A stretch of DNA of 64,000 bases, from assembly GCF_902459465.1 (NCBI RefSeq), contig NC_047068.1:19778001-19842000 (forward strand), in the 5' to 3' direction. The translations under genes were made by a program, and so were the position numbers. Origin of the DNA: Asterias rubens (Eukaryota). The notes beneath the pieces are model-generated. The model was given only the letters and a program-made list of their open reading frames with translations. It did no database searches and had not been told where the DNA came from. Shown one piece after another: positions 11,850 through 23,559 of the stretch (position 1 is its first letter; each line of letters begins with the position of its first letter).

Positions 11850-13390
11850 CAAGGCTATGGTTTTATCAAATGTTGCCTGAAAATGTGGCTTTATCAAATT
11901 TTGCCTGAAAATGTGGCTTTATCAAATTTTGTCTGAAAATTTGTGCTTCATGGTTTTATTAATTTTTGCCTGAAAATGTGGCTTTATCAAATTTTGCTTT
12001 AAAATGTGTGACTTTGCCTAAGATTTGGTTTTATTAAATTTTGCCTGCAAAATGCGTGCAAGGTCATGGCCTTAAGGTTTTATCAAATTTTGCCTAAAAA
12101 TGTGGCTTTATCAAATTTTGCCTGAAAATGTGTGCAACGCTATCTATTTATAGCCTTATGGTTTTATCAAATTTTGCCTAAAAAAGTTGCTTTATTTAAT
12201 TTTTCCTGAAAGTGTGTGCAAGGCCTTATGGGTTTATGGATTTATCAAATTTTGAAAAAAAAATTGTGCAATGCTTTTAAATGTGTGCAACGCCTTATGG
12301 TTTTACCAAGTTTTGCCTTAAAATGTGGCTTTATCGAATTTTGCCTGAAAATGTGTGCAAGCCTTAATGTTTTATCACATATTTTTTGTTTGAAATGTGT
12401 GAAAGGTCATAGCCTTATGGCTTTATCAAATTTGCATAAAAATGTATGCAAGCCTTATGACTTTGTCAAATTTTGCCTAAAAATATGGCTTTATCAAATT
12501 TTGCATGAAAATGTATGGTTTTATCAAATTTTGCTTGAAAGTGTGCAAGACTGTAGGCTTATGGTTTTATGAAATTTTGCCGAAAAATGTGGCTTTATCA
12601 AATTTTGCATGAAAACGTGTGCAAGGACACTACGGTTTTATCAAAGTTTGCTTGAAAATGATAACATTTTGCCTAAAGATGGGGCTTCATGGTTTTATCA
12701 AATTTTGCCTAAAAATGTGGCTTTGTCATGTTTTGCCTAAAAATGTGCATGGTTTTATCAAATTTTGCTTGAAAATGTGGCTTTATCAAATTTTGCTTGA
12801 AAATGTTTGCTGGTTTTATCAAATTTTGCCTAAAAGTGTGGTTTTATCAAATTTTGCTGGAAAATGTTTGCAAGGATTATGCTGGTAAAAAAAAAATTGC
12901 CTACAAATGTGGCTTTATCAAATTTTACTTGAAAATGCCAGTGAAAATTTTGCCTAAAAAATGTGGCTTTATCAAATTTTGCATGAAAATGTGTGCCTTG
13001 GGGTTTTATCAAATGTGTGCCTTAGGGTTTTATCAAATTTTGCCTAAAAATGTGGTTTTATCAAATTTTTCTTCAAAATGTGGCTTTATCAAATTTTGTT
13101 AGAAAATGTGTGCAAGACTATAGCCTTACGGTTTTATCAAATTTTGCCTACAAAATATGGCTTAATCAAATTTTGCATGAAAATATATGCAAGGCTATAA
13201 TCCTCCTGGTTTTATCAAATTTTGCCTTAAAATGTGGCTTTATCAAATTTTGCCTGAAAATGTGTGCAAGGTCTTATGGTTTTGTCAAATTTTGCTTAAA
13301 AATGTGGCTTTATTAAATTTTGCCTAAAAATGTGTGCAAGGTTATAGCATCATGGTTTGATCAAATTTTGCCTAAAAATATGGCATTATT
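11850..13390. repeat. Satellite A, array 1 (28-bp unit aaaatgtggctttatcaaattttgcctg interspersed with longer gtgtgcaagg...ccttatgg variants)
   Basis: atgtgg recurs at 11883 and 11911 (28 bp apart); the ttttatcaaattttgc core repeats throughout. Confidence 0.95.
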
Positions 13391-14334
13391 CAATTATGCC
13401 TAAAAAGGGTATCTAGCTGTTTTACTGATGGATAATGTGTGTAACAAATCTAAATGTTGTAAATTGTGAAACATTTTTGTGTTGCAGTCAGGCTTCAGGA
13501 TCTCCATTGCAACTACCCGTCATCAAGTAGATGTCCAAGAACAGCCTCTGATACAGGAGCTTCACTCTCAAGTAAAAGGTAAATACCCAGAAACAGACTT
13601 TTAATATTAACCCCGGTCCATTGAGATCTGGAATAGATGACAGAAGTCATGTGGCTCTTGTTTGTACAGAAGTCAACATCAGTTTATGTCTTGTTTGAAT
13701 TGACAGGCTCGGTTGTCTTTTTATGTCAAACTTTTTTTGTCAAGTTGCATCAATCAATGTAATACATTTTTAGAGTGATGATTAAGAATTTAATACAAGC
13801 GAAAATATCCCTGAATAGATGGTTGAAAGGAGAAGTACAAATTTCCTCACAGAGAACAACATCTACTTTTAACAGAAAAAAAAGAGTAATGGTTAATCAG
13901 GTAAATGTTGATCACTTATCACACTAAAACAAAACCCTGATATCACTGGGGAGGAGGTCATAGAGACCTCTGCAAGAGATTTGACACATAATAGTTTTTC
14001 TGCAATTGCATATAAACTTTTCACTTAATCTTTCCTTGCTAGTAGTTCCTACAATCAATTATGGACGGAGGATATCAACCCTACTGACATCTTGAAAGGC
14101 TGCAGGGTACAAAGGAAAGCAACACGTATACAACAAATCAGTACCATCAACACATCCTAGCATTTCATCTGTGTATCAACCCAGCAATTTGTTGTCATCA
14201 ATAGTAAGAAATTTATTGTAGGCATTATCTTAGTTTTTCTAATTGGTGTTAAGTGGGCTGTTATGCAATACTGTGAAGTTAAGACGTAGAATAGACACAT
14301 TGTATACCTATTTTGGGCCGACATTACTAGATAG

Positions 14335-15038
14335 GGGTTACTTTTTATACGCCTGAACAAGTAGAACACCACAGTCATGAAAAACATTGAATTTTTCATT
14401 TGAATCTGAGGTGATTCATCAATAGTAATAACTAAATAGACCCATAATCTTGTAACTAAGAGCACCATTGCAAATAACAAGCACATACGCGTTTGTTTGC
14501 GCTAACTTGGTGGTGCGACAACTTCAAAAATTAAAGGGACCTGGACACTTGCACGTGGCAGGTGGGGTCCTACTTCCGGCTCGGGCCACTGGGTGGTTGA
14601 TCTTAAAGGTGCATTCGGGCTCCTTTCCTTAGGAGGGCCAGTGTTATCACAAATGGTTGACCAACGGAAGTAGTCCCTAGTCTTTTCGGCTAGCGGACCG
14701 CCTTAGTAAGGTAGGGGACTGCCCTGGGTAACCCTGGGGCGGCGGACCGGACCCGCTCGGGAGGGCGGTGCAAAGGCCCCGATGATCTGGAAAAGCGCGT
14801 GGGGCCGGTATCCTGGGACCTGCACGATTGGTAGCCCTGCTAATTGAACAAACCTTACCAGGATGAATAGGTCAAATTTGAAACTAAAATTTGTTGCTTG
14901 CGATGGTGCACTTAATTACAAGATTATGTGTCGGTTTAGATATTACTATTGATTAATCACCTCAGATTCTAGTGGAAAAATGTTAATGTTTTGCTTAACT
15001 GTTATGTTTTACTTTATCAGTTGTATATATAAAAAACC
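14335..15038. other. GC-rich structured core (about 14520-14860) flanked by imperfect inverted arms of about 145 bp
   Basis: The reverse complement of 14401-14480 matches 14891-14970 with about 11 mismatches in 80; several internal helices in the core. Confidence 0.75.
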
Positions 15039-15059
15039 TCGATCTGGAATTTTTTCCCA

Positions 15060-16370
15060 AAATGTGGCTGTATCAAATTTTGCCTAGAAATGTGGCTTTA
15101 TCAATATTTTGCTTGAAAATGTGTGCAATAGCCTTATGGTTTTATCAAATTTTGCATAAAAATGTGGCTTTATCAAGTTAGGCCTGAAATTGTGTGCACG
15201 GCCTTAAATGGTTTTATCACATTTTTTTACAATAAATGTGGTTTTATCAAATTTTGCCTAAAAATGTGGCTTTATCAAATTAGGCCTGAAATTGTGTGCA
15301 AGGCCTTATAGTTTTAACAAATTATTTGTACAATAATGCGGTTTTATAAAATTTTGTTTGAAAATGTGTGCACAGTTGGTTTTTATCAACTTTGCTTGAA
15401 AATGTGTGCAATAGCCTTATGGTTTTAACAAATTCTGCCTGAAAATGTGTGCAAGGCCATAGCATTATGGTTTTATCAAATTTTGAGGATTTATCAAATT
15501 TTGCCCGAAAATGACGCTTGATCAAGTTTTGCATGAAAATGTGTGCAAGACATGGTTTTAGCAAATTTTGCCTCAAAATGTGGCTTTATCAAATTTTGCA
15601 AAAAAATGGGGCTTCATCAAATTTTGCTTGAAAATGTTTGCAAGGTTTTATCAAACTATGCCTAAAAATGTAGCTTTTTCAAATTTTGCATGAAAATGTG
15701 GTTTTATCAAATTATGGGTTTATGCCATGGTTTAATCAAATTTTGCATAAGAATGTGGCTTCATCAAATTTTGCATGAAAATGTGCGCAAGACTATTCCC
15801 TCATGGGTTTATAAAATTTTGCCTAAAAATGTGGTTTTAACAACTTATGCCTAAAAATGTGGCTTCATCAAATTTTGCTTGAAAATGTGCGTAAGGCAAT
15901 TTCCCTTATGGTTTTATCAAATTATGCCTAAAAATGTAACTTTATCAAATTCTGCATGAAAATGTATGCAAGACTATTTATTCCCTTATGGGTTTATAAA
16001 ATTTTGCCTAAAAATGTGGTTTTAACAACTTATGCCTAAAAATGTGGCTTCATCAAATTTTGCTTGAAAATGTTTGCAAGACTATTCCCTTATGGTTTAT
16101 CAAATTCTGCTTAAAAATGTGGTTTTATCAAATTTTGCTTGAAAATGTTTGCAAGGCAATTTCCCTTGTGGTCGTTATCAAATTTTGCCTAAAAATGGGG
16201 CTTTATCAAATTTGGCATGAAAATGTGTACAAGGCTATAATAGCTTGATAATGAATTTGCTTGATGTTTGCAAGGCTATAGCCTTATGGTTTCATAAAAT
16301 TGTGCTTTAAAATGTGTGCAAGACTATAGTCTTATGGTTTTATCAAATTTTGTTTGAAAATGTTTACCAT
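15060..16370. repeat. Satellite A, array 2 (same orientation)
   Basis: Same core and variant units as 11850-13390. Confidence 0.95.
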
Positions 16371-16615
16371 ATTGGTTTTGTGTGTACGAAAATAAAGGCT
16401 AATTTTTAAGGGTGAATCAATTCAAGTTTTGATTGCCCTAAAGTCGAAGACTAATATCTCATTATTACTTGAGTCGTCTACTTGACCGTCATATTTGAAC
16501 ACAGTGCAGCAATGGGTGTGTATTATTTTTAGACCTAATTTCATATGCGCAAAAAAACTTGGCTAAAAGCGACTTAATACATACCCAATTGCATTGTATT
16601 TAAACATGGTGGCCT

Positions 16616-16718
16616 GAGGGTCCATCTTAACCCGATGGAACCCACCCCCACACTGTAGGGGGCTTACATTGGTCCTTATAGTGTGGGGGTGGGTTCCATC
16701 GAGATAAGATGGACCTTC
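16616..16718. other. Near-perfect hairpin of about 100 nt
   Basis: ggtccatctta/taagatggacc (11 bp) plus cgatggaacccacccccacact/agtgtgggggtgggttccatcg (22 bp). Confidence 0.85.
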
Positions 16719-17504
16719 CGTATTTGAATTAGAGGGGGGGGGGGGAATGATGCAAATAAAACACAAGTTACAAGGAGAGTTCTGTTCATTTTTTTATTGA
16801 AAATTTTGGCCAAAAAAAAAGCAGAGTCGTGCAAACACCTGTGCCTGTCGGTGGACCCCCTCGGCCACCTGGAACTTGTGATGATCTTGAGGTCCAAAGT
16901 GCAATGGTTGATATGTTCTCTGTTCAGTGAAGTTCAATTAGATGCACTACTAGTGGTTTGTAACAACGATGTACTGTCTTACAAATCGAACGAGCTAGAC
17001 GCAATTTAGCGCTTGGTTTTAGACGCAGAAGTGCTAAGCAGAAGGTAGTTGTTGCTTGCTTAAATGAAATGGTGCCCTCAAGAGTGCTTAGGATTTCACC
17101 GATTGTGGTTTCGCAACCAAGCCGCACTGGTGGTACCAAGAGTTGTCGCACTTGTTCCAATGGAATCTTAACTCAACAGATGATGACAACTTCTATCCAG
17201 ATGATGATGTGCTGGTCGGAGAAACAAGTTCTGTAATGGGCAGTAATTTTGTATACCAATTGTGTGTAACGCAATTCGTCAAAATTCTTTGCGTACAAAT
17301 GTTTTCTCACTGCATGTTTGCTAATAACTGATACTGGAGATGACATTGGATCGATATTAAGTCTACCATCCTTAACAAAAACGGAAATTGACCAAATATT
17401 CCAACAGGTCTATAATTGATTGTGATATATTCACCACCCAAAGACAGTTTGGGTCGTCATAACATGTCTTGTTGTAGAGAACACCAACATTAGGGCATAG
17501 TTAT

Positions 17505-20050
17505 TTCAAAACACATGTGAAAGTGCAGAGAATATGCAACAACTTGGGAAGAATGGGTAATTCAAAACACATGTGGAAGTGTAGAGAATACGCAACACCA
17601 GGGGAAGTAAGGGTAATTCAACACACACGTGAGTGTAGAGAATACGCAACACCAGGGGAAGTATGGGTAATTCAAAACACAAGCGAAAGTGCAGAGAACA
17701 CGTAACATCAGGGGAAGTATGGGTAATTCAAAACACAAGCGAAAGTGCAGAGAATACGTAACATCAGGGGAAGTATGGGTAATTCAAAACACAAGCGAAA
17801 GTGCAGAGAATAAGCAACAACTGGGGAAGTATGGGCAATTCAAAACACATGTGAGAGTGTAGAGAATACGTAACATCAGGGGAAGTATGGGTAATTCAAA
17901 ACACAAGCGAAAGTGCAGAGAATACGTAACATCAGGGGAAGTATGGGTAATTCAAAACACAAGCGAAAGTGCAGAGAATACGTAACATCAGGGGAAGTAT
18001 GGGTAATTCAAAACACAGGCGAAAGTGTAGAGAATACGCAACACAAGGAGAAGTATGGGTAATTCAAAACACATGTGAGAGTGTAGAGAATACGTAACAC
18101 CAGGGGAAGTATGGGTAATTCAAAACACAAGCGAAAGTGCAGAGAATAATTATGTAACATCAGGGGCAGTATGGGTAATTCAAAACACAAGCGAAAGTGT
18201 AGAAAATACGCAACACCAGGGGAAGTATGGGTAATTCAAAACACAAGCGAAAGTGCAGAGAATAAGCAACAACTGGGGAAGTATGGGCAATTCAAAACAC
18301 ATGTGAGAGTGTAGAGAATACGTAACATCAGGGGAAGTATGGGTAATTCAAAACACAGGCGAAAGTGTAGAGAATACGCAACACAAGGGGAAGTATGGGT
18401 AATTCAAAACACAAGCAAAAGTGCAGAGAATAAGCAACAACAGGGGAAGTATGGGTAATTCAATACACAGGTAAAAGTGTAAAGAATACGCAACATCAGG
18501 GGCAGTATGGGTAATTCAATACACAGGTAAAAGTGTAAAGAATACGCAAGACCAGGGGAAGTATGGGTAATTCAATACACAGGTAAAAGTGAAGAGAATA
18601 CGCAACACCAGGGGAAGTATGGGTAATTCAAAACACAAGTGAATGTGTAGAGAATACGCAACACCAGGGGAAGTATGGGTAATTCAAAACACAAGTGAAT
18701 GTGTAGAGAATACGCAACACCAGGGGAAGTATGGGTAATTCAAAACACAAGTGAAAGTGTATAGAATATGAAAGACCAGGGGAAGTATGGGTAATTCAAA
18801 ACACATTTGAAAGTATAGAGAATAAGCAAGACCAGGGGAAGTATGGGCAATTCAAAACACATGTGAAAGTGTAGAGAATACACAACATCAGGGGAAGTAT
18901 GAGTAATTCAAAACACTTTTGACAAGTGTAGAGAATGCGCAAGACCAGGGGAAGTATGGGTAATTCACCACACAGTTGAAATTGTAGACAATATGCACCA
19001 CCAGGGGCAGTAGTGGCCACTCAAAACACATTTGTAAGTGTTGAGAATACCAATGAGCAGTGGGAGTACGAGTGCTTCAAAACACATGTAAAAATTTAGA
19101 GATTAGGCAACACCAGTGGGAGTATGGGTAATTCACCACACAGTCTTAAGTGTAGAGAATACGCAACGCCAGGGGAAGTATGGGTAATTCACCACACAGT
19201 TGAAAGTGTAGAGAATACGCAACACCAGTGGGAGTATGGGTAATTCACCACACAGTTGAAAGTGAAGAGAATACGTAACACAAGGGGAGTATTGGTAATT
19301 CAGAGCACATGTGAAAGTATAGAGAATACGCAAGACCAGGGGAAGTATGGGTAATTCAAAACACAAGTAAAATTGTAGACAATATGCAACACCAGGGGCA
19401 GTATGGGCCACTCAAAACACATTTGTAAGTGTTCTGTTGAGAATACCAATGACCAGTGGGAGTTGAGTACTTCAAAACATATGTAAAAATGTAGAGAATA
19501 GGCAACACCAGTGGAAGTATGGGTAATTCACCACACAGTTGAAAGTGTAGAGAATACGCAACACCAGTGGGAGTATGGGTAATTTACCACACAGTTAAGA
19601 GTGAAGAGAATACGCAACACAAGGGGAGTATTGGTCATTCAAAACACATGTGAAAGTGTACAGAATATTCAACACCAGGGGAAGTATGGGTAATTCACCA
19701 CACAGTTGAAAGTGAAGAGAATACGCAACACAAGGGGAGTATTGGTCATTCAAAACACATGTGAAAGTGTACAGAATATTCAACACCAGGGGAAGTATTG
19801 GTAATTCACCACACAGTTGAAAGTGTAGAGAATACGCAACACCAGGGGAAGTATGGGTAATTCACCACACAGTCAAAAGTGTAGAAAATACGCAACACCA
19901 GGGGAAGTATGGGTAATTCACCACACAGTTGAAAGTGTAGAGAATACGCGACACCAGTGGGAGTATGAGTAATTCAAACACATGTGAAAGTGTAGAGAAT
20001 ACGCAACACCAGGGTAAGTATGGTAATTCAAATCACAATGAAAGTGTATA
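17505..20050. repeat. Satellite B, 56-bp unit (ggggaagtatgggtaattcaaaacacaagcgaaagtgcagagaatacgtaacatca), about 45 copies
   Basis: ggggaagtat at 17711 and 17767 (56 bp apart); continuous array. Confidence 0.97.
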
Positions 20051-21244
20051 GAATATACAACCCTTGACCTCTTCTAAAAACCAACCAATTCGAATGATAC
20101 AAATCCAATGTCATCTTTGGTATCAAAAAGCAATAAAAAGGGTGTTCTTACTAGATATTTATTATTTTAGGTGGCATGACCAAGCAGAACATGTTTCTCC
20201 AGCCCTCATTTCATCAACTGGATAGAAGTCCTCATCATCCACCAAGTCCAGACTCCATTGGCTCAAGCAAAGACATCTCAAGGCACCTTTGATGATCTTG
20301 AAAGATCCCCAGTTCAAACCTGTTTACTAAAGAACAAAAGAGTGACGTGACCAACAAAAGGCTAAATGATAAGGGGCCCTCATCCCGACGTCTTGAGAGA
20401 TCTTGCCGAACCAAACGTTTTAGGGACCAACCACTACTTTCCAGCTCGGAATGCGCTAGTATGTATGCATCCAAAAATTGCTTCGCTCTAGCTCATCAAA
20501 TTTGTAAGGCAATACACCAGTGAAACAAAACACTAGTGGTGCATCTAATTAAACTTCACTGAACAGAGAACATACCTTCCATTGCACCCAGACCAGCAGG
20601 ACCAACACTTGTTCCAGGCAGCCGAGGGGGTCCACCAACAGGCACAGGTGTTTGCACAACTCTGCGAGTTTTTCAGAGGGTTTGGATGAGGCCCTAACAT
20701 ACATCAGAATGAGCTGCTCCTACACAATGAGTCCAATAGATATTTTCGTGGTTTTACCTTGAGCTCTGAAAAATATTCTCAATATCTTTCAGAGCCAAAA
20801 CCCTAGAGAAAAAACGTATAAGTAAGGGAATTATATCAATGTATTTGATAGAAATTTCCATATCTCTGTACAAGATACTGAGATTTCCATAATTTTGCTC
20901 AATTTCTGCCAAACGAACATCACTCATAATAAAAATTGATACTTGTTGAGAATACTTACTGAGATTTAACAAAACAAAAAAGAAACCGGCCCTTTTTTTG
21001 ATAGAAAAGTCCGCATCTCTGCAAGATACTGAGATTTCCATAATTTCGTTTTTATGTTTGCTTGCGAGAAAACTCATTATTTTAATTAAAACAATTCTTT
21101 TTCATTGTCTCATTCTTTGATAGGAGCAACTCTTACATTTCAACTAATTAAATTAATATATTAACACAAAGACATGTGATTCAGATATAGCGGTTAGGGT
21201 TTTCTCTTCAATTCTTAGCATCTACAATTTCTACAAAATTTGTT

Positions 21245-21625
21245 GGAAATTTCTCTGAATAGTTTCAATCAGAGTGTTCTCTGAATGGTAAAACTGTTTC
21301 CCAAGAAGACAATCAGAGTGCCCTGATTATCTGCAAGGGAAGGTATCAATTATATTTATTAAAAAGTCCCACCAAAAATGTGTTGACGATTCTTAGAACA
21401 ATTTAAACCAGTGTGCTTTCTGACTAGTAAAACTGTCCCGAGAAGACAATCAGATGGCCCTGATTATCCGCAAGGGACGGTATAAAATTATATTCATCCA
21501 AAAATCAAAAGAAAAGCTTGTTTGAAATTTCTCTAAACAGTTTCAATCAGAGTGTTCTCCGACTGGTAAAACTGTTTTCCAAGAAGACAATCAAAGTGCC
21601 CTGATCGTCTGCAAGGGAAGATGTT
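21245..21625. repeat. Three tandem copies of a unit of about 140 bp (tttcaatcagagtgttctc...agaagacaatcagagtgccctgattatctgcaaggga)
   Basis: Copies at about 21260, 21400 and 21540. Confidence 0.8.
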
Positions 21626-22109
21626 CCTTTGGTTTTGTGAGGAATTTTTGTTAGTTTTTCATGTATTTCGAATTAATTGAAATCTGAATCATACATCTTT
21701 AATGCAGATAAGGGATGGATCTTGGGCCAAACGGGGAGTTTTAGTGATTCACCACCCAGGGAGAAGAGTGGATAAATCTAAACGAAGTCAAAGTGTTATT
21801 TAACCATACTAAGGGTAGTATGGATATTTCACCACAAAAGGGAGTAGTTCACAACACAAGGAGAAGTGTCATTTACCACAGACAGTGTAAGAAATAGGTT
21901 GATCACCTCACAAGGAAAAGTGTAAGCAATTCACCAATCAAGTGAAAGGGTAACTAATCACAAAGTAAAGTATGGGTAGATCACCAGACAAGATTATTGG
22001 CACACCCCCGGGGACATAGACTAATGTACAAAACTAACTAATTAAATACCTATCAAATATTAAGTCACATTTACTTGGACTCGCAATTTATGCCCCTTAA
22101 AAATCATGG

Positions 22110-22975
22110 GTAAATATTTCAGTATAGGTAGATCAGCACACAAGGGAAGTATGAGTAGATCACCACACAAGGGCAGTATGCGTAAATCACAACATAAGTG
22201 AAGGGAAGAGAATACGCCACACCAGAGGAAATATGGGTAACTCAAAACACATGTGAAATGAAGAGAATACGCCACGCCGGCCAGGGGAAGAATTGGCAAT
22301 TCACAACACAGTTGAAAGTGTAGAGAACACGCAACACTAGGGGAAGTATGGGTAATTCGCCACACAGTTGAAAGTGTAGAGAATACGCAACACCAGGGGA
22401 ATTATGGGTAATTCACAACATATGTGAAAATGAAGAGAATAGGCAACACTAGGGGAATTATGGGTAATTCACCAAACCGTTGAAAGTGTAAGGAATACGC
22501 AACACCACGGGAAGTATTGGTAATTCAAAACACAGTTGGAAGTTCAGAGAGTTCGCAACACTAGGAGAATTATGGGTAATTCACAACACAGTTTAAAGTG
22601 TAGAGAATACGCAACACCAGGGGAAGGATGGGTAATTCAAAACATAGGTGAAAGTGCAGAGAATACGCAACACCAGGGGAAGTATGGGTAATTCAAAACA
22701 CAGGTGAAAGTGTAGCGAACACCCAACACCAAGGGAAGTTTGAGCAATTCAAAACACAGGTGAAAGTGTAGCGAATACCCAACACCAAGGGAAGTTTGAG
22801 CAATTCAAAACACAGGTGAAAGTGTAGCGAATACCCAACACCAAGGGAAGTTTGAGCAATTCAAAATACAGGTGAGAGTGTAGAGCATACCCAACACTAG
22901 GGGAATTACGGGTAATTCACAGTTGAAAGTGTAGAGAATACGCAACACCAGGGGAAGTATGGATAATTCACCACA
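22110..22975. repeat. Satellite B, second array (56-bp unit, preceded by shorter units of about 27 bp)
   Basis: Same unit and orientation as 17505-20050. Confidence 0.92.
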
Positions 22976-23559
22976 TGTAAAATAGTAATGAAATGTTTAC
23001 TCATATACAACAGTTTTAATTAAATACACCTTAGGCCTAAATGTTGGGTCAAATTTTCTTTGACACCTAATGAACCTACTTAGACACTAAAGTGTCATCT
23101 ATTTCAGACATTAGACTCGAAAAAAAAAGGGAATTTACAGAAACAGACACAGCAAGATTTTGTACTGTGTTTTTTCTTTTTGGAGACACTTAAGTGTCAC
23201 CTATTTCAGACATGCAACTCAGAATTTTTGCAAAAGATTTGACGTTTCCAGAAACAGGTACAGCAAGATTTTGTACTGTGTTTTTTAATTTCCAATGGCT
23301 AAGATTACCAAACCATAAAAAAAGCTGACCAGCTGAAAAGTTGCATGGCTGCTAATTGCTGATGTATGAGATGGGCGAAAACCCCCCTAAAAACCCATAT
23401 TGGGAAAAAAAGGGGGGGAAAATTCCCATGCCGGCTCCACTATATGGCAACCAAGTTTGTCAACTCCAAACATCAGCACACCTAAATTGAATGGCCTAAA
23501 TGAATAGTGACAGAACTATAACTACGTACAACTAGGCCTTTGACAAATCGGAATTTTGA

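Larger units (their letters stand above)
8925..13578 (+). ncRNA. Candidate spliced non-coding transcript or decayed gene: exons about 8925-9057, 10990-11180, 11532-11734, 13488-13578 (possibly 14043 onward)
   Basis: Consecutive good splice signals (gtgagt; tacag/gtactt; ttttcag/gtaaga; ttgcag/gtaaat) around higher-GC islands; all three frames are closed in exons 2 and 3; no expression data. Confidence 0.45.

Noticed and set aside
9058-14040. snoRNA host-gene hypothesis for the plus-strand non-coding chain
   Set aside because: No C box / D box pair with a terminal stem at 60-120 nt spacing was found by eye (the GTGATGA near 13774 is too close to its CTGA); H/ACA RNAs cannot be excluded without snoscan or snoGPS
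14520-14860. Identity as 5S rRNA, SRP RNA, RNase P/MRP, telomerase RNA, or an HDV-like or hammerhead ribozyme
   Set aside because: Only short chance-level word matches. I found no P4 consensus (GAAGGTCTGAG / GAAAGTCCCC), no CTAACCCT template on either strand, no CTGATGA core and no HDV L3/P1.1 motif. An Rfam scan is still needed.
11850-16370. CRISPR-like look (constant core with variable spacers) in satellite A; also considered for satellite B
   Set aside because: The spacers are related variants of each other rather than unique sequences, there are no cas genes, and the context is eukaryotic
16928-16930. TGA conserved in both inverted homologues, suggesting selenocysteine, readthrough or a mitochondrial code
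   Set aside because: Further stops and frame disagreements follow in both copies, and no SECIS or mitochondrial homology is evident; shared ancestry explains it
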